This document shows, piece after piece, positions 1 to 9,872 of a DNA stretch of 64,000 nucleotides. Location: NCBI GenBank assembly GCA_963700285.1, contig CAVOXA010000014.1:544001-608000 (forward strand). Reading direction: 5' to 3'. The stretch's first letter is position 1. Each line of letters begins with the position of its first letter. This stretch comes from an uncultured Chloroflexia bacterium. GTDB lineage: Bacteria; Chloroflexota; Anaerolineae; JAAYZQ01. The position numbers were made by a program, and so were the translations under genes. Below the pieces are notes generated by a model. That model was not told the origin of the DNA. It saw nothing but the letters and a program-made list of their open reading frames with translations, and made no database searches.

Positions 1-2099
1 ACATGCAATTGATAGGTGCCAGCCGCCAGATCTAGCGGCAGTAGTAAACCCATCCGTCCGCTTGACTGCAGGGGAATGTCCTGCTGGGCATGGAGCTGCC
101 CCTGCTCGGATATGAGATGGCTGAACGCCTTGTAGTTCAGGTCAGGTGCCGGGGGTTCGCGCCAGTGCAATCGCAGACGCAACACCTGCCCACCCTGAAG
201 TGGATCCCCGTCCAGCTCTACACGATCCAGTATCACTTTGTCGCCAAAGTCAGCATTGGTATCCTCCATGCGAATCGCAGAAGGCGCTGCGCTTGCATAG
301 TGTACAAGTCTTTGCTCAGGTCCAACCCACTCATCCGTCGTAGAGTAGCCGGTTTGACTCAGCCGTTGGCTGAGATAGACGTTCCAATCGGCACTCTGGC
401 CACCTGCAAAATCGAGGAACAACCAGATACGTGAGTGGCTGCCCACAAAGCCTGCCCACTGCCCCTCGAATGCCTCAGGTCGGAATTCACCGTCGTCGCG
501 CGTGTACAGGCGTACATCCTGCTCAGGCAAGAAAGGCGCCACCGCATCAAAGCCTTGCCTGCTAGTGACTACAACACCGTCGTCTGGCAGAGCAGCCGCA
601 CGGATACGATCCACCACAGACCGCTGGGGACTGTCGGCGTACCGTTGCTGGCCATAGTCACGGACAAAAGCCGCGGATCCAAAGCCTATTAGCACCAGTG
701 TCGCCAGTACTAGGGGAATTGAGAGCCAACGCCGCACTTTTTCCCAGCGAGGACGGGGCAGAAAATGCATCACGGCCAGGAACTCTGGGACCAAGATCAG
801 CATCAGTACAGTACGCGAGAGTACGGTAACCGCCAGCAGCCACTGGGCTTCGGGCAGGAGAAAGAAGAAGAATATACGCTCAACCACAGCGTTGACGGTG
901 AGCAGGGTGGCGTAGGCCAATCCCCAGCCATTGGGCATGGCCAGTACCAGGAAAGGCAAGTACCATAAGAGAAACTGAGGGCTGTAGCCTTTGGAAAAAA
1001 CCATAAAGAGGTTCAGGCTGAGTCCCACAAAGGCGACGATGCTCATCGGGTCGGCAGCCTGGCCCATGCCATTTATGACCGGATGCCTGAACTGCTCCAG
1101 CACGGAGCGCAGTCGAGACGGGGGCCTGTCCACCTTGGGCAGCTGCCAGGGCAACAGGTAAACAAGCAGATAGACCAGACCGGAGACTGCCAGCACCGCC
1201 GACCAGGGTAAAAACTCTGGACGCTGCCCACCTCCAGCTTGAGCGGGATCAAAACGGTTGCCGATCACCAGGCCATAGGAGTAGTAGCCGTCGAGCAACG
1301 CAAACACAGTCTCCCACGATGGCTGGGTCAAAAGCGCGCGCCATGAGGCGACAAAGAGCACCGAATTGGCCAAGTAGAAAGGCAAGTTGATGGCAACGAT
1401 GGTCAGGCCCAGCACTATCAGAAAGCGCCACCGCCGGGCAAGCAGCTTGAACCCTACAGGCACGAGTACCAGGGGCAAGACCTTGACCATGGCCCCCAAT
1501 CCGACGGCCAGCCCGCTGAGACCGGGTCGGTTTTTCAGGAGCAGGTACAGCCCCAGGAGCAAGAAGAAGAGCGAGGCACCGTCGAACCATCCGGCATGGA
1601 CGAAGATTGGGCCAAAGAGTAGAGCATAGAAAGTGGCACTGCGCAGTGCCCTGCGCCGGCCCGGTCTGTCGCGGCCATACAGCCGCAGCCCCAACAGGTA
1701 GACCAGCGCCAGATTGCCTACAGCAAAGAGCGCCATGAGTGCGCCAAAGACCACGTAGAACCATAGTTGAGGATGGGGCGCGGGTGGCAGTAGTCGGCTG
1801 ACCCAATAGGCCCCGACCGGCAGCCAGGGGAACAAGGGTGGATACTCTACCCAGTAGTGGATGTAGGGGAAGTAGCCGCTGTCCAGGCGTGAAGCCATCT
1901 CCTGGTAGTACCAGTAGTCCGAATAGTCACCGAACCGGCCGCCCGGTGCGAAAAAGATCAGCAGCATGCTCTGAAGGACAGCAAAAAGCGCTAGAAGCAG
2001 TACAAAATCCCGGTGGTTGTCATATCCCGCCCGAATCCGGTGCGGCCAGCCGCTGTCGATGGTTCGGGTTGCCGTGTTCGGAGAACGAGAATGCGTCAT
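1..2099 (-). CDS. GT-C fold membrane glycosyltransferase (GT87-like) with C-terminal extracellular domains; runs off the window edge
   Basis: Not in the ORF track because no stop lies in the window. ATG at 2099 overlaps the upstream TGA (ATGA). Manual translation MTHSRS...GYFPYIHYWVEYPPLFPWL...GAMVKVLP...FSKGYSPQFLLWYLPF shows many TM helices and GT87-like EYPP, K and SPQF motifs. Confidence 0.8.
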   Translation of the reverse strand, partial: MTHSRSPNTATRTIDSGWPHRIRAGYDNHRDFVLLLALFAVLQSMLLIFFAPGGRFGDYSDYWYYQEMASRLDSGYFPYIHYWVEYPPLFPWLPVGAYWVSRLLPPAPHPQLWFYVVFGALMALFAVGNLALVYLLGLRLYGRDRPGRRRALRSATFYALLFGPIFVHAGWFDGASLFFLLLGLYLLLKNRPGLSGLAVGLGAMVKVLPLVLVPVGFKLLARRWRFLIVLGLTIVAINLPFYLANSVLFVASWRALLTQPSWETVFALLDGYYSYGLVIGNRFDPAQAGGGQRPEFLPWSAVLAVSGLVYLLVYLLPWQLPKVDRPPSRLRSVLEQFRHPVINGMGQAADPMSIVAFVGLSLNLFMVFSKGYSPQFLLWYLPFLVLAMPNGWGLAYATLLTVNAVVERIFFFFLLPEAQWLLAVTVLSRTVLMLILVPEFLAVMHFLPRPRWEKVRRWLSIPLVLATLVLIGFGSAAFVRDYGQQRYADSPQRSVVDRIRAAALPDDGVVVTSRQGFDAVAPFLPEQDVRLYTRDDGEFRPEAFEGQWAGFVGSHSRIWLFLDFAGGQSADWNVYLSQRLSQTGYSTTDEWVGPEQRLVHYASAAPSAIRMEDTNADFGDKVILDRVELDGDPLQGGQVLRLRLHWREPPAPDLNYKAFSHLISEQGQLHAQQDIPLQSSGRMGLLLPLDLAAGTYQLH

Positions 2100-4567
2100 G
2101 GCCCATTACCTTGAGCAACGATGACCTCACCCAGGGCTACGTGATCGCCCAAGAGAACGCCGTCGTCAGTGGTAACCATCTGCCTTTCCATGCTGGCTGG
2201 TAGATAGAGCCCGGCGATGAGACTGTAGCGACCTGGCGCCACAGCCGTGGGCAAGGCCAGGCCGTAGTTGTCAACGATCACCTCACCGGGCTGCCACGTG
2301 GAGGTCGGGCGAAAACCTCCCACGGGAAGGCGGTCTAGCTGCATATGGAGTTTACCACCTTCGTCCAGCAGTTGAACAAAGACAGTGTAGTCCTGGTCCA
2401 CCGGCCGCTCTGCCCGCCAGAACAGAGAGAAAGCCAACACATCACCAGGGTAGACCTCCAAAGGCGCGGTGGATGTACAGGGCACACTTTGGACGCCGTC
2501 GGGCGGGTCACTACAGGTAGGAGCGAAGCTTTCCAGCCACAGGTCATCCCCCAAGCGAAGATTCACGGGCGCCTCGAACGCCTGTCCAATGCCTCCAGCG
2601 GGCCACTCGTATTGCACCAAACGCATAGCAGGGCTCATCCACCAGCTTGCCACCCTGAAGGCGTTCTCGTCTAGCCAGCGCTCGGTGGTGCTTGCCGGAT
2701 CGGCCTCTGGTGTCGTATCAAGCACGAGCCACAGCCGGTGGTGTTCTCTGCCCAGAGCAGCCAACTCTGCCCGTCGCTGGACTGAAACCGGCTCCTGGCG
2801 CGCCCAGCCCCAATAGACTGGAGCAGCCTTGTAGCGATCGAGTAACGAAGTCGTGTGTCCCAGATGATCGCCAAAGGGCAAAAGATCCACGATCATCACG
2901 TCCTCGTGATGGGCTGTCGCCAGCGCTTCCGAGAGCATTCCCCCGCCTGCCTGCCACTCGTTGGTGGGAGCTGGCAGGCGCACCAGCACCACCATAGAGA
3001 CGAGCAACAACACAACACAGCCTGCCGACCAGAACAGGCGCGGCCCCTTCCGTTCTGTGGTTCTGGAGCCACGCCACCAGCCAAGCAATGCAGCCAGGCA
3101 CAAAACCAGGGGCGAGAGAAGCCTGGGCCAATCTATCCCTTCGGCCAGGTCGCGCGCCCAGGCCAGATCCAACTGGCTGGCAGATCCCGCTCCAGCGATG
3201 GCATTGCGGAGCAAGGCCCAGTGCCCCAGGAGAGGGCTGAGTTCAACCTGAAAGTTGATCTGCCCACTGTCCAGGCCCCGCTGATAGAGCAGCAGAAGAT
3301 ACTGGTTAAAGTCCACCGCCACACCCAGGACCTGTACCAGCGAGCTGACGAGCGCCAGCAACGCCAGCAGAACTATGGCCCAGCGCCTGCCCGGGTACAA
3401 GGACCATTCCAGCACCGGCGCCAGAAAGAGGCAAAGAAAGGGCAAGCTCGGCACCATGAATCGCGGCCCCCAACTCCAGCCTCCCCACCACATGAACCAA
3501 CCCGCATAGAGCAGAGGAAATGCGATGGCCACGCCCAGACTCAGGAGGGCAGTAGCCCTGTCACGTCGAAAGAGAGCCGGAATGCCGGCGAGTGCGGCTA
3601 GCAGGATAGGCGAGTATAGAAACAAGCCTTTCCCAGGACTGACTAGCAGGCCAGCCAGGCCGCGCCAGAGCGGTGTCGAAAAAGTCTCATCAGGGGCATA
3701 GCCCAGATCTAATGGGCTCCCGCTCCGGACCTGGTTGTAGGCAGCCAGTAGAAGACCAGCGCCAGCTATTGGCAACAGGAAAGCAATGGCAGAGGGCAAC
3801 AGACTCATGGTCTTCTCAAAAAGTGTCTCGCCCTGCGGCTTTTTCGGTTGCTCCTGCTGGTTGGCCGCCCAAAAGGCGTAGAAAAAATAGAAGGGCCAGA
3901 CAACAACGTTGGCAACTTTGGCGAGCAGAGCAATGCTGAGACCCAAGCCGGCCACAAAAGCATAGCGCAACTGAAACGACCGTCTGAAAGCCAGCAAACC
4001 CCACAGGCCGGCCAGCAGGCCCAGGGCAGTCAGCGGTTCGCTGAAAAAGTACTTGGCATAGGGCCAGGCCATGGTCCCCAGACCATAAGCCAGGGAGGTA
4101 AGTGCTGCGACCAGAGGACGATAGCCTAGCAATTGTATGCTCGAGTAGAGCAGCCAGGCGGTCAAGGCTGTAACCAAGGCATTCGCCAGCATCATGGCCC
4201 GGACAAGGCCAACCTCTGGCACATGCAGAGCTAGCCAGTAGAAAGGCGCCCCCAGCAAGGTCGAGCCTAATCCCTTCTTGGAGTATAGGTGCCCGTCGGG
4301 GCCAAGCTGTCCCTGGCTGGGCGTCCAAGCCAGCGACCACCGAATTTGGTCCGTGGTAACCCGGCCATGCTTGTCAAGGTTTTCGATCATGGCCGCGACC
4401 GAGACTTCGTCGATGGCGTGAAAGTTGCCGCTATAGCTGAGCAAGTAGACAGCCGTCAACAGCAAGAACAGCCAGAGGCCAGACCTGTTCCTCTGAATGG
4501 GGGAGCGAGCCCCCGGTGGGGGAGCGCTCTTTGAACCGGATTCCAGCGCGACCGCTCCGTTGTTCAC
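2096..4567 (-). CDS. GT-C fold (PMT/ArnT-like) membrane glycosyltransferase with C-terminal Ig-like domain
   Basis: 823 aa. N-terminal 'IDE' acidic loop, YAKYFFSEP, WWGGWSWGPRF, multiple TMs, C-terminal 'DYTVFVQLLD...PTSTWQPGEVIVD...PGRYSLIAGLY' module. Confidence 0.8.
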   Translation of the reverse strand: MNNGAVALESGSKSAPPPGARSPIQRNRSGLWLFLLLTAVYLLSYSGNFHAIDEVSVAAMIENLDKHGRVTTDQIRWSLAWTPSQGQLGPDGHLYSKKGLGSTLLGAPFYWLALHVPEVGLVRAMMLANALVTALTAWLLYSSIQLLGYRPLVAALTSLAYGLGTMAWPYAKYFFSEPLTALGLLAGLWGLLAFRRSFQLRYAFVAGLGLSIALLAKVANVVVWPFYFFYAFWAANQQEQPKKPQGETLFEKTMSLLPSAIAFLLPIAGAGLLLAAYNQVRSGSPLDLGYAPDETFSTPLWRGLAGLLVSPGKGLFLYSPILLAALAGIPALFRRDRATALLSLGVAIAFPLLYAGWFMWWGGWSWGPRFMVPSLPFLCLFLAPVLEWSLYPGRRWAIVLLALLALVSSLVQVLGVAVDFNQYLLLLYQRGLDSGQINFQVELSPLLGHWALLRNAIAGAGSASQLDLAWARDLAEGIDWPRLLSPLVLCLAALLGWWRGSRTTERKGPRLFWSAGCVVLLLVSMVVLVRLPAPTNEWQAGGGMLSEALATAHHEDVMIVDLLPFGDHLGHTTSLLDRYKAAPVYWGWARQEPVSVQRRAELAALGREHHRLWLVLDTTPEADPASTTERWLDENAFRVASWWMSPAMRLVQYEWPAGGIGQAFEAPVNLRLGDDLWLESFAPTCSDPPDGVQSVPCTSTAPLEVYPGDVLAFSLFWRAERPVDQDYTVFVQLLDEGGKLHMQLDRLPVGGFRPTSTWQPGEVIVDNYGLALPTAVAPGRYSLIAGLYLPASMERQMVTTDDGVLLGDHVALGEVIVAQGNGP

Positions 4568-7455
4568 TGGTTCGCCTCCACCAGGGGCAGATAGATGCGG
4601 AAGTTCATCTTGGGCAGGATTGGCAGTGGCGCAGGAGTACTCCTGGGGTGGATCACTACCTCAGCGATGGGGATACGATCGCCTACGACCTCGTTGCCCT
4701 GGGCATCGAACACGGACAAGCGGAGACCAGTAGGTTCATCGTACATCCCTGCCGTCAACAGATAGGTGCCAGGGTCCAGATCTGCGGGTAGGGGCACAAG
4801 ATGCCGGTCCACAACCACTTCGCCCTGGACCCAGGTGTTTGGAGGACAGCAACCTTCGCCGGGCAGATCGTCGTGCTGGGCCACAGGGGGCGAAAGCCCA
4901 CCGTCGCCCAAGTGTGTGAATACCTTGTACGGCTTGACGGTGGCCCCACGAGCCTGCCAATACAGAGTTACTCCGAGCTGGCCACCTGGCGCCGCCGAGG
5001 CTATGTCCAAGTCATAGCCCAACAGATCCACTTGCTGGCCCAATCGGTAGCGCAATGTATTTGCCATTGCAGGTAGCTCAAAATTGTGGGACCGATCAGG
5101 CAGTTCTGTGACCAAAAGACGGCCCAGTACTAGGCCGTCACCGGACCGGCGAGGCTGCCAGGGCAACAACCAATCGAGACCTTTGGGGCCGTCCGAGTCG
5201 CTGGAAGAAAGTGCCTGGCCCTGCGGATCCAGAACCTTTAGTCGTAGGTCATACTCACCCGGAGCAACCTGGCCAGGAAGGCTGAGTTGGTGTGGTCCAC
5301 GCAGGAATTGCCCCGCCAGCCAAACGCTGGTTGGAGCAGCGTCTGCCACCAGCGGTCGCTTCCAGTTGGCCAAGACCTTGCCATCAGGCAATATCAACTC
5401 TAGCAGGAGTTCATAGTCGTCGGAAGGCGTATTCTGGACTTGCCAATACAGGTCCAACGCAACGGTACCGCCAGCCGGGGCTTCTGCGGAGGTGAGGTCA
5501 AAGCCCAAGAGATCAATCTCGTTGCCAAACCCCGCCTCCAAGGAATACTGAACCACAGGACGGGGGCCTGGCCGAATTTCTGCTTGCCCAAGTTCCATCA
5601 CATGGACCGGCCCCAGGTCAACCCGTTGCCCGCTGCCTGCAGCCACCAACTCCCGGCCCTCATCGGGAGCGTACAGCGCCACCTGAAGCCGGTAGGAGCC
5701 CGGCGGTGTTCCCTTCGGTATCAATAAGGCATGCTGGTCCTGAACAAGGGCAGCCGGCTCCCAGGCATCGGTCGGGCACCAACCGCCACATGGCTCGCTC
5801 TGCCTCGTTGCCCAAACCTGGCTCTCGTCATCCACCAGGTAGAGGGAGACCCAGAGGGAAGAGTCTAGCTCCTCGGCTGCCTGCCAGCCAAACGCCAAAC
5901 GGATTGCATCGCCAGCCGTAACTATGGGCGACGAGCTGTAAGCAGTCACCAGGCGAACTCTGTCCTCCCAAGCAACCGCTGGTTCTATGGTGAGCGGCTC
6001 CAGCGCATTCGTTGTGAAGTAGAGGGCAGCAGAGCCTCCACCTGCGAACCACTCCTTGTAGGCTTGGTAGGCATGCGATACCAGCCACTGTTCCACTCGT
6101 GACTCGGGATCCTCTGTCCAGGCTCCGATGGGACCCAGCCAGATACGGCCGCGCTGGCCGACGAGATTCCTCATCTTACTGTCCAACGCCTCATCCGGGA
6201 GCGTAGCGTATGCGGGGACATAGGCTGTTTCCAAATCACCCTGTGCGTAGTACTCCTCAAAGGGCCAGAATGCAGGCTGGTTCATGATGATGAGATCATC
6301 GGGTAGTGCACGGTCCTCGATATATGTCATGATCGCGCCAAACTCAAAACCAGGCTCGGCGTCCTGGCGGTATAGCCAATAGCCAGTGGTCGCACCCATG
6401 AGGATAAGCCCCGCCAGAAACAGAACCTGGCTCCTGCTACGCAAGACAAGCAGCCCGCAGGCCACCAGCGCGTATATGGCCGGCAAAAGATAGGCCAGGT
6501 GTCGATCTTGCAGCCAGTAGGGGATGGCCAGGGCAACCAGCCAGGGTACAAGCAGCCAGGCCAGCACAAAACGGCGCGAGCCCACCTGACTCACCGGATG
6601 GTTAGCCGGGGCAGGCAGCAGCGGCCAAAAGACCACCCCCAGCACAGCCAGCAGGGCCAGAGCCACATGCCCGGCGACCGGTGGCTCTGACAGTAGTCCA
6701 CCTGCCGTGTGCATGACGCGCTGGCCCAGACTCGAGACACCTCCACCCTCACCAGTGACCACCTGCTCTAGCGCCTGTCGGAAACCCGGTGAGAACCCGA
6801 ACCAGGCAGCAACCAGCAGAACGCAGGCGATCAGAACCACAAAGAGAAGGACAGCCTGTCTCCTATACTTTTTCCCACTCAGGAGAAGAAAGGCCAAGGG
6901 CACCAACAACATGAGGGAGAAATAGTAATGTACCACTATGCCCAGGATTGAAACCGCAAGGAACCCGAGCCACCAGCGGAGGCGTGAGGTTTCCAGACCA
7001 CGGAGAAAGCAGATCAATAGCAACACCCCCAGCAAGGGGAGGAGGCTGTACATGCGCGCGTTCTGCGAGTGATCGATGTGGACGGCAGACAGGGCACAGA
7101 CCAAGGCAACCAGCAGTCCAAAGGACTGTCCACCCCAGGAAGCCATGAACCGGTACAAGAGAGGGACAAGGAGGACACCGCAGAACAGGGAGAAAAAGCG
7201 AAGAGCAAACTCAGTCGTGCCTGTGGCGCGAGTCCAGGCGTGAAGCGAGAGATAGTACAGCGGGGGATGCTCGAAGGGCGTGTGCAGGGTATACTGAAGG
7301 ATACCTGCCCATCCCTTCGCTGCTATGACAGTACTGAGCGCCTCATCGAACCAGAGTTCACCACGCCCCAAGCTATAGACACGCAGAAGAAAGGCCAGCA
7401 GGATGATGCCCAAAAGCGCCCAGCGCTGGCGCAGGTTCGCCGCTTGTCCACCCAT
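4564..7455 (-). CDS. GT39/PMT-like glycosyltransferase with three tandem C-terminal Ig-like modules and a terminal IYLPLV motif
   Basis: LWFDEA, EHPPLYY and SQNARMY motifs. Three repeats of 'L.L.WQ...W..G....D.H.L.LP....PG.Y.L'. Start moved to ATG 7455 (GAGGAG upstream, and it avoids overlap with the GT2 gene). Confidence 0.85.
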   Translation of the reverse strand: MGGQAANLRQRWALLGIILLAFLLRVYSLGRGELWFDEALSTVIAAKGWAGILQYTLHTPFEHPPLYYLSLHAWTRATGTTEFALRFFSLFCGVLLVPLLYRFMASWGGQSFGLLVALVCALSAVHIDHSQNARMYSLLPLLGVLLLICFLRGLETSRLRWWLGFLAVSILGIVVHYYFSLMLLVPLAFLLLSGKKYRRQAVLLFVVLIACVLLVAAWFGFSPGFRQALEQVVTGEGGGVSSLGQRVMHTAGGLLSEPPVAGHVALALLAVLGVVFWPLLPAPANHPVSQVGSRRFVLAWLLVPWLVALAIPYWLQDRHLAYLLPAIYALVACGLLVLRSRSQVLFLAGLILMGATTGYWLYRQDAEPGFEFGAIMTYIEDRALPDDLIIMNQPAFWPFEEYYAQGDLETAYVPAYATLPDEALDSKMRNLVGQRGRIWLGPIGAWTEDPESRVEQWLVSHAYQAYKEWFAGGGSAALYFTTNALEPLTIEPAVAWEDRVRLVTAYSSSPIVTAGDAIRLAFGWQAAEELDSSLWVSLYLVDDESQVWATRQSEPCGGWCPTDAWEPAALVQDQHALLIPKGTPPGSYRLQVALYAPDEGRELVAAGSGQRVDLGPVHVMELGQAEIRPGPRPVVQYSLEAGFGNEIDLLGFDLTSAEAPAGGTVALDLYWQVQNTPSDDYELLLELILPDGKVLANWKRPLVADAAPTSVWLAGQFLRGPHQLSLPGQVAPGEYDLRLKVLDPQGQALSSSDSDGPKGLDWLLPWQPRRSGDGLVLGRLLVTELPDRSHNFELPAMANTLRYRLGQQVDLLGYDLDIASAAPGGQLGVTLYWQARGATVKPYKVFTHLGDGGLSPPVAQHDDLPGEGCCPPNTWVQGEVVVDRHLVPLPADLDPGTYLLTAGMYDEPTGLRLSVFDAQGNEVVGDRIPIAEVVIHPRSTPAPLPILPKMNFRIYLPLVEANQ

Positions 7456-7465
7456 CGGGTCCAGA

Positions 7466-8245
7466 TTAGCTCCTCGGGCTGGACCGGGGCTTGCCCTCAC
7501 GCCAGAGTTGCAGACGGAACCCCAGCATCTCCCGGAAGGCTCGGACGATGACGTTGACATTGGCTCCGGTCTGGCTACCGGCGACCCGAGGGCGATGGCT
7601 TACTGGCAATTCTACGAAATGATAGCCTGCCCTTTTGGCCCGCACCAGCCATTCAATGCTGAAAGTGGCCCCTCGAGAGGCAATGGTTGGGGCCAGTTCC
7701 TCTATGATCTCGCGGCGGAAAAGCTTGAAGGCACAATCCACATCGCGCACGGTATAACCGAACATGAATGTGCACAACATACTCCAACCTTTGCCATAGA
7801 CGACCCTCATGAATGGGTCCCGGCGGGGAGCGCGGTAGCCAGCGATCAGATCGGCCTGACCCATCAGCGGCACAAATTGCTCCAACTCGCTCATCACAAA
7901 CTGGCGATCAGCGTCCGTATAAAAGATCCAATCCTTTTCGGCACTCGTGAAGCCATTGAACACGGCAGCCCCAAATCCCTGGTTGACAGGATGCTGCACC
8001 AGCCGCAATTGCGGAATGCTTTGCATGAGGCGACGGGTGATGGCGGCAGTATCATCCGCACTGCCATCGTCCACGACAATGATCTCCCACCCCTTGTTCT
8101 CCGGGGCCCCATCAGACTCGGGAGCTCCTGAAGCACCATCGGAGTCCTGGACGCTTGCCTCCAACGCTGGCACGGCCTCAGCGATCATTGCTTCGATGTT
8201 TTCGGCCTCATTGTAGGCCGGCAATACAAGCGAAATGCTAGGCAT
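7466..8245 (-). CDS. GT2 polyprenol-phosphate glycosyltransferase (DPM1-like)
   Basis: SLVLPAYNEAENI, VVDDGSADDT, NQGFGAA, YTDAD, DVDCAFKLFRR, ELPVSHRPR motifs. Confidence 0.9.
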   Translation of the reverse strand: MPSISLVLPAYNEAENIEAMIAEAVPALEASVQDSDGASGAPESDGAPENKGWEIIVVDDGSADDTAAITRRLMQSIPQLRLVQHPVNQGFGAAVFNGFTSAEKDWIFYTDADRQFVMSELEQFVPLMGQADLIAGYRAPRRDPFMRVVYGKGWSMLCTFMFGYTVRDVDCAFKLFRREIIEELAPTIASRGATFSIEWLVRAKRAGYHFVELPVSHRPRVAGSQTGANVNVIVRAFREMLGFRLQLWREGKPRSSPRS

Positions 8246-8259
8246 GGCGAGATATACCC

Positions 8260-9249
8260 CTAATCATCCTTCTTTGTTCGTTTCCGCAGGAATCCACCCA
8301 GAAAGGCATCGGCGAACAGATTCGGTTTCTCGGGCATCTCTACCCCTTTGTCGCCCTCCCATTGACCCTGCTCACGATCGTGAAGCCACTTGGCCCTCTC
8401 CACCGCGGCAACTTCAAAGCGTCCGTTGAGCGCCTCGGCCTGGTCATCGACCAGACTCGCCCGGAACGAGGTCAGTGAGGTGATATAGGCATCGATCCAG
8501 CGCAGAATGTTGTCCCGATTGGTCAGGCATACGTCGCCAAAACCCGGCGGCTCGGTGGAGGCCAGTTGCGTGCTTACCTCAAAGGACGCTCCTGCTACCT
8601 TGCGCAGTTCCCGCCAGGAGGGCTGATGGATGACGGACTCCATCATGGCCAAAGACAAGAGCACGGGCAGGTGATCTACCGCGGCAACAAGGCCGTCGTG
8701 CTCAGCCGGATCAAAGTAGATGGGCTTCGCGCCCAAGATCATCACCAGGTCACTGACCAACTTGACCGCGGCAGGATCCGCGCTGGGCGAGGGGGTTAAG
8801 CAAAACAGGCCCTTCTGGAAAAGATCCGCGCGGGCCGCCTCCACACCTTGCTTTCCGGCATCAGTCGCGGCGATGATGGGGTCGCCACCCACGAAGTAGA
8901 CGTTTTCGGGCAATGACTCGCTAGCCCAAGCCAACACCGGAGTCTTGAGTGAGCCCGTATCCATGACGACGCAGCCTGGTCGCAGATACTGACCGATGGC
9001 CTCCATCGTCGCCTGCATTTCGACCACCGGAGTGGCCAAGATAATCAAATCCGACTCCTCGCAAGCGGAGATGAGATTCCATTCCGCCTTGTCTACAACG
9101 CCCAGCTTTTTTGCCTTGCTGTTGACGCTCGGCTCTTTGTCATGTCCCACGACGGCTGAAGCGACGCCAGCCTCGCGCAGCGCAAGTCCAATAGAGCCAC
9201 CGATCAGGCCCAGGCCCACAATCGCAATGCGTGGTTTGCTTGTACTCAT
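8260..9249 (-). CDS. tyrA: prephenate/arogenate dehydrogenase family protein
   Basis: IVGLGLIGGSIG Rossmann motif, DTGSLK, EHDGLVAAVDHLP. Note that GGDPI replaces the usual GGHPM. Confidence 0.8.
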   Translation of the reverse strand: MSTSKPRIAIVGLGLIGGSIGLALREAGVASAVVGHDKEPSVNSKAKKLGVVDKAEWNLISACEESDLIILATPVVEMQATMEAIGQYLRPGCVVMDTGSLKTPVLAWASESLPENVYFVGGDPIIAATDAGKQGVEAARADLFQKGLFCLTPSPSADPAAVKLVSDLVMILGAKPIYFDPAEHDGLVAAVDHLPVLLSLAMMESVIHQPSWRELRKVAGASFEVSTQLASTEPPGFGDVCLTNRDNILRWIDAYITSLTSFRASLVDDQAEALNGRFEVAAVERAKWLHDREQGQWEGDKGVEMPEKPNLFADAFLGGFLRKRTKKDD

Positions 9250-9347
9250 GCTTTCTCCCTTTCCACAGGTGTTTGGTATTGGCTACTGGCGACTATAGAG
9301 GCATTATGATTTTCGAGCGACACGCTCCAGTTTCAGGTTTCAGGCTC

Positions 9348-9869
9348 TCAGCTTGCATTGTCAGCAGTCTGCAGCGCAGCCAGATCTGGATCCTCAACCT
9401 GGCCCGCTGCATCTTCGTGATGCTGGATCAGCGCCACCGTACGTGGTGAACAACCTGCTTTGCGCGCCAGTTCGGCCCCAATGGCGGCATGGCATTGCTG
9501 CACAAAAAACGGCCGCCGCCAGCTGCCAGGCAGATCTTTGGCAATCCGATCCAACAAGCCAGGTCTGAAAGCGCGCAAAAGTACAACGGCCACCCGGTGC
9601 CAGAGGCGCAGCGCGCCATCCTGCTGCCCCGTTTTCCCTGCATCATGCAGTAGCGCTGCCGCCAGGAGATCAGTATCAGTACGTCCCTGACCCTGCAGCG
9701 CGCGCACCACATTGAACGCGTGCTGGCGGTCATAGCCCGGCATCGCCTCAAAGAGACTTTGTGCCTCCGACGAAAGGTAGCGGGCTGGGAGTTCCAGCCC
9801 GTCTTTGTTCGGCCGGATCACAGCACGCAGCGCGTGTATGAACTGCTGGACACGATATGCAGCCGACAC
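9348..9869 (-). CDS. HD-domain metal-dependent phosphohydrolase
   Basis: RQHAFNV, AALLHDAGK, HAAIGAELA, IQHHE, LQTAD motifs. Confidence 0.85.
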   Translation of the reverse strand: MSAAYRVQQFIHALRAVIRPNKDGLELPARYLSSEAQSLFEAMPGYDRQHAFNVVRALQGQGRTDTDLLAAALLHDAGKTGQQDGALRLWHRVAVVLLRAFRPGLLDRIAKDLPGSWRRPFFVQQCHAAIGAELARKAGCSPRTVALIQHHEDAAGQVEDPDLAALQTADNAS

Positions 9870-9872
9870 GCC

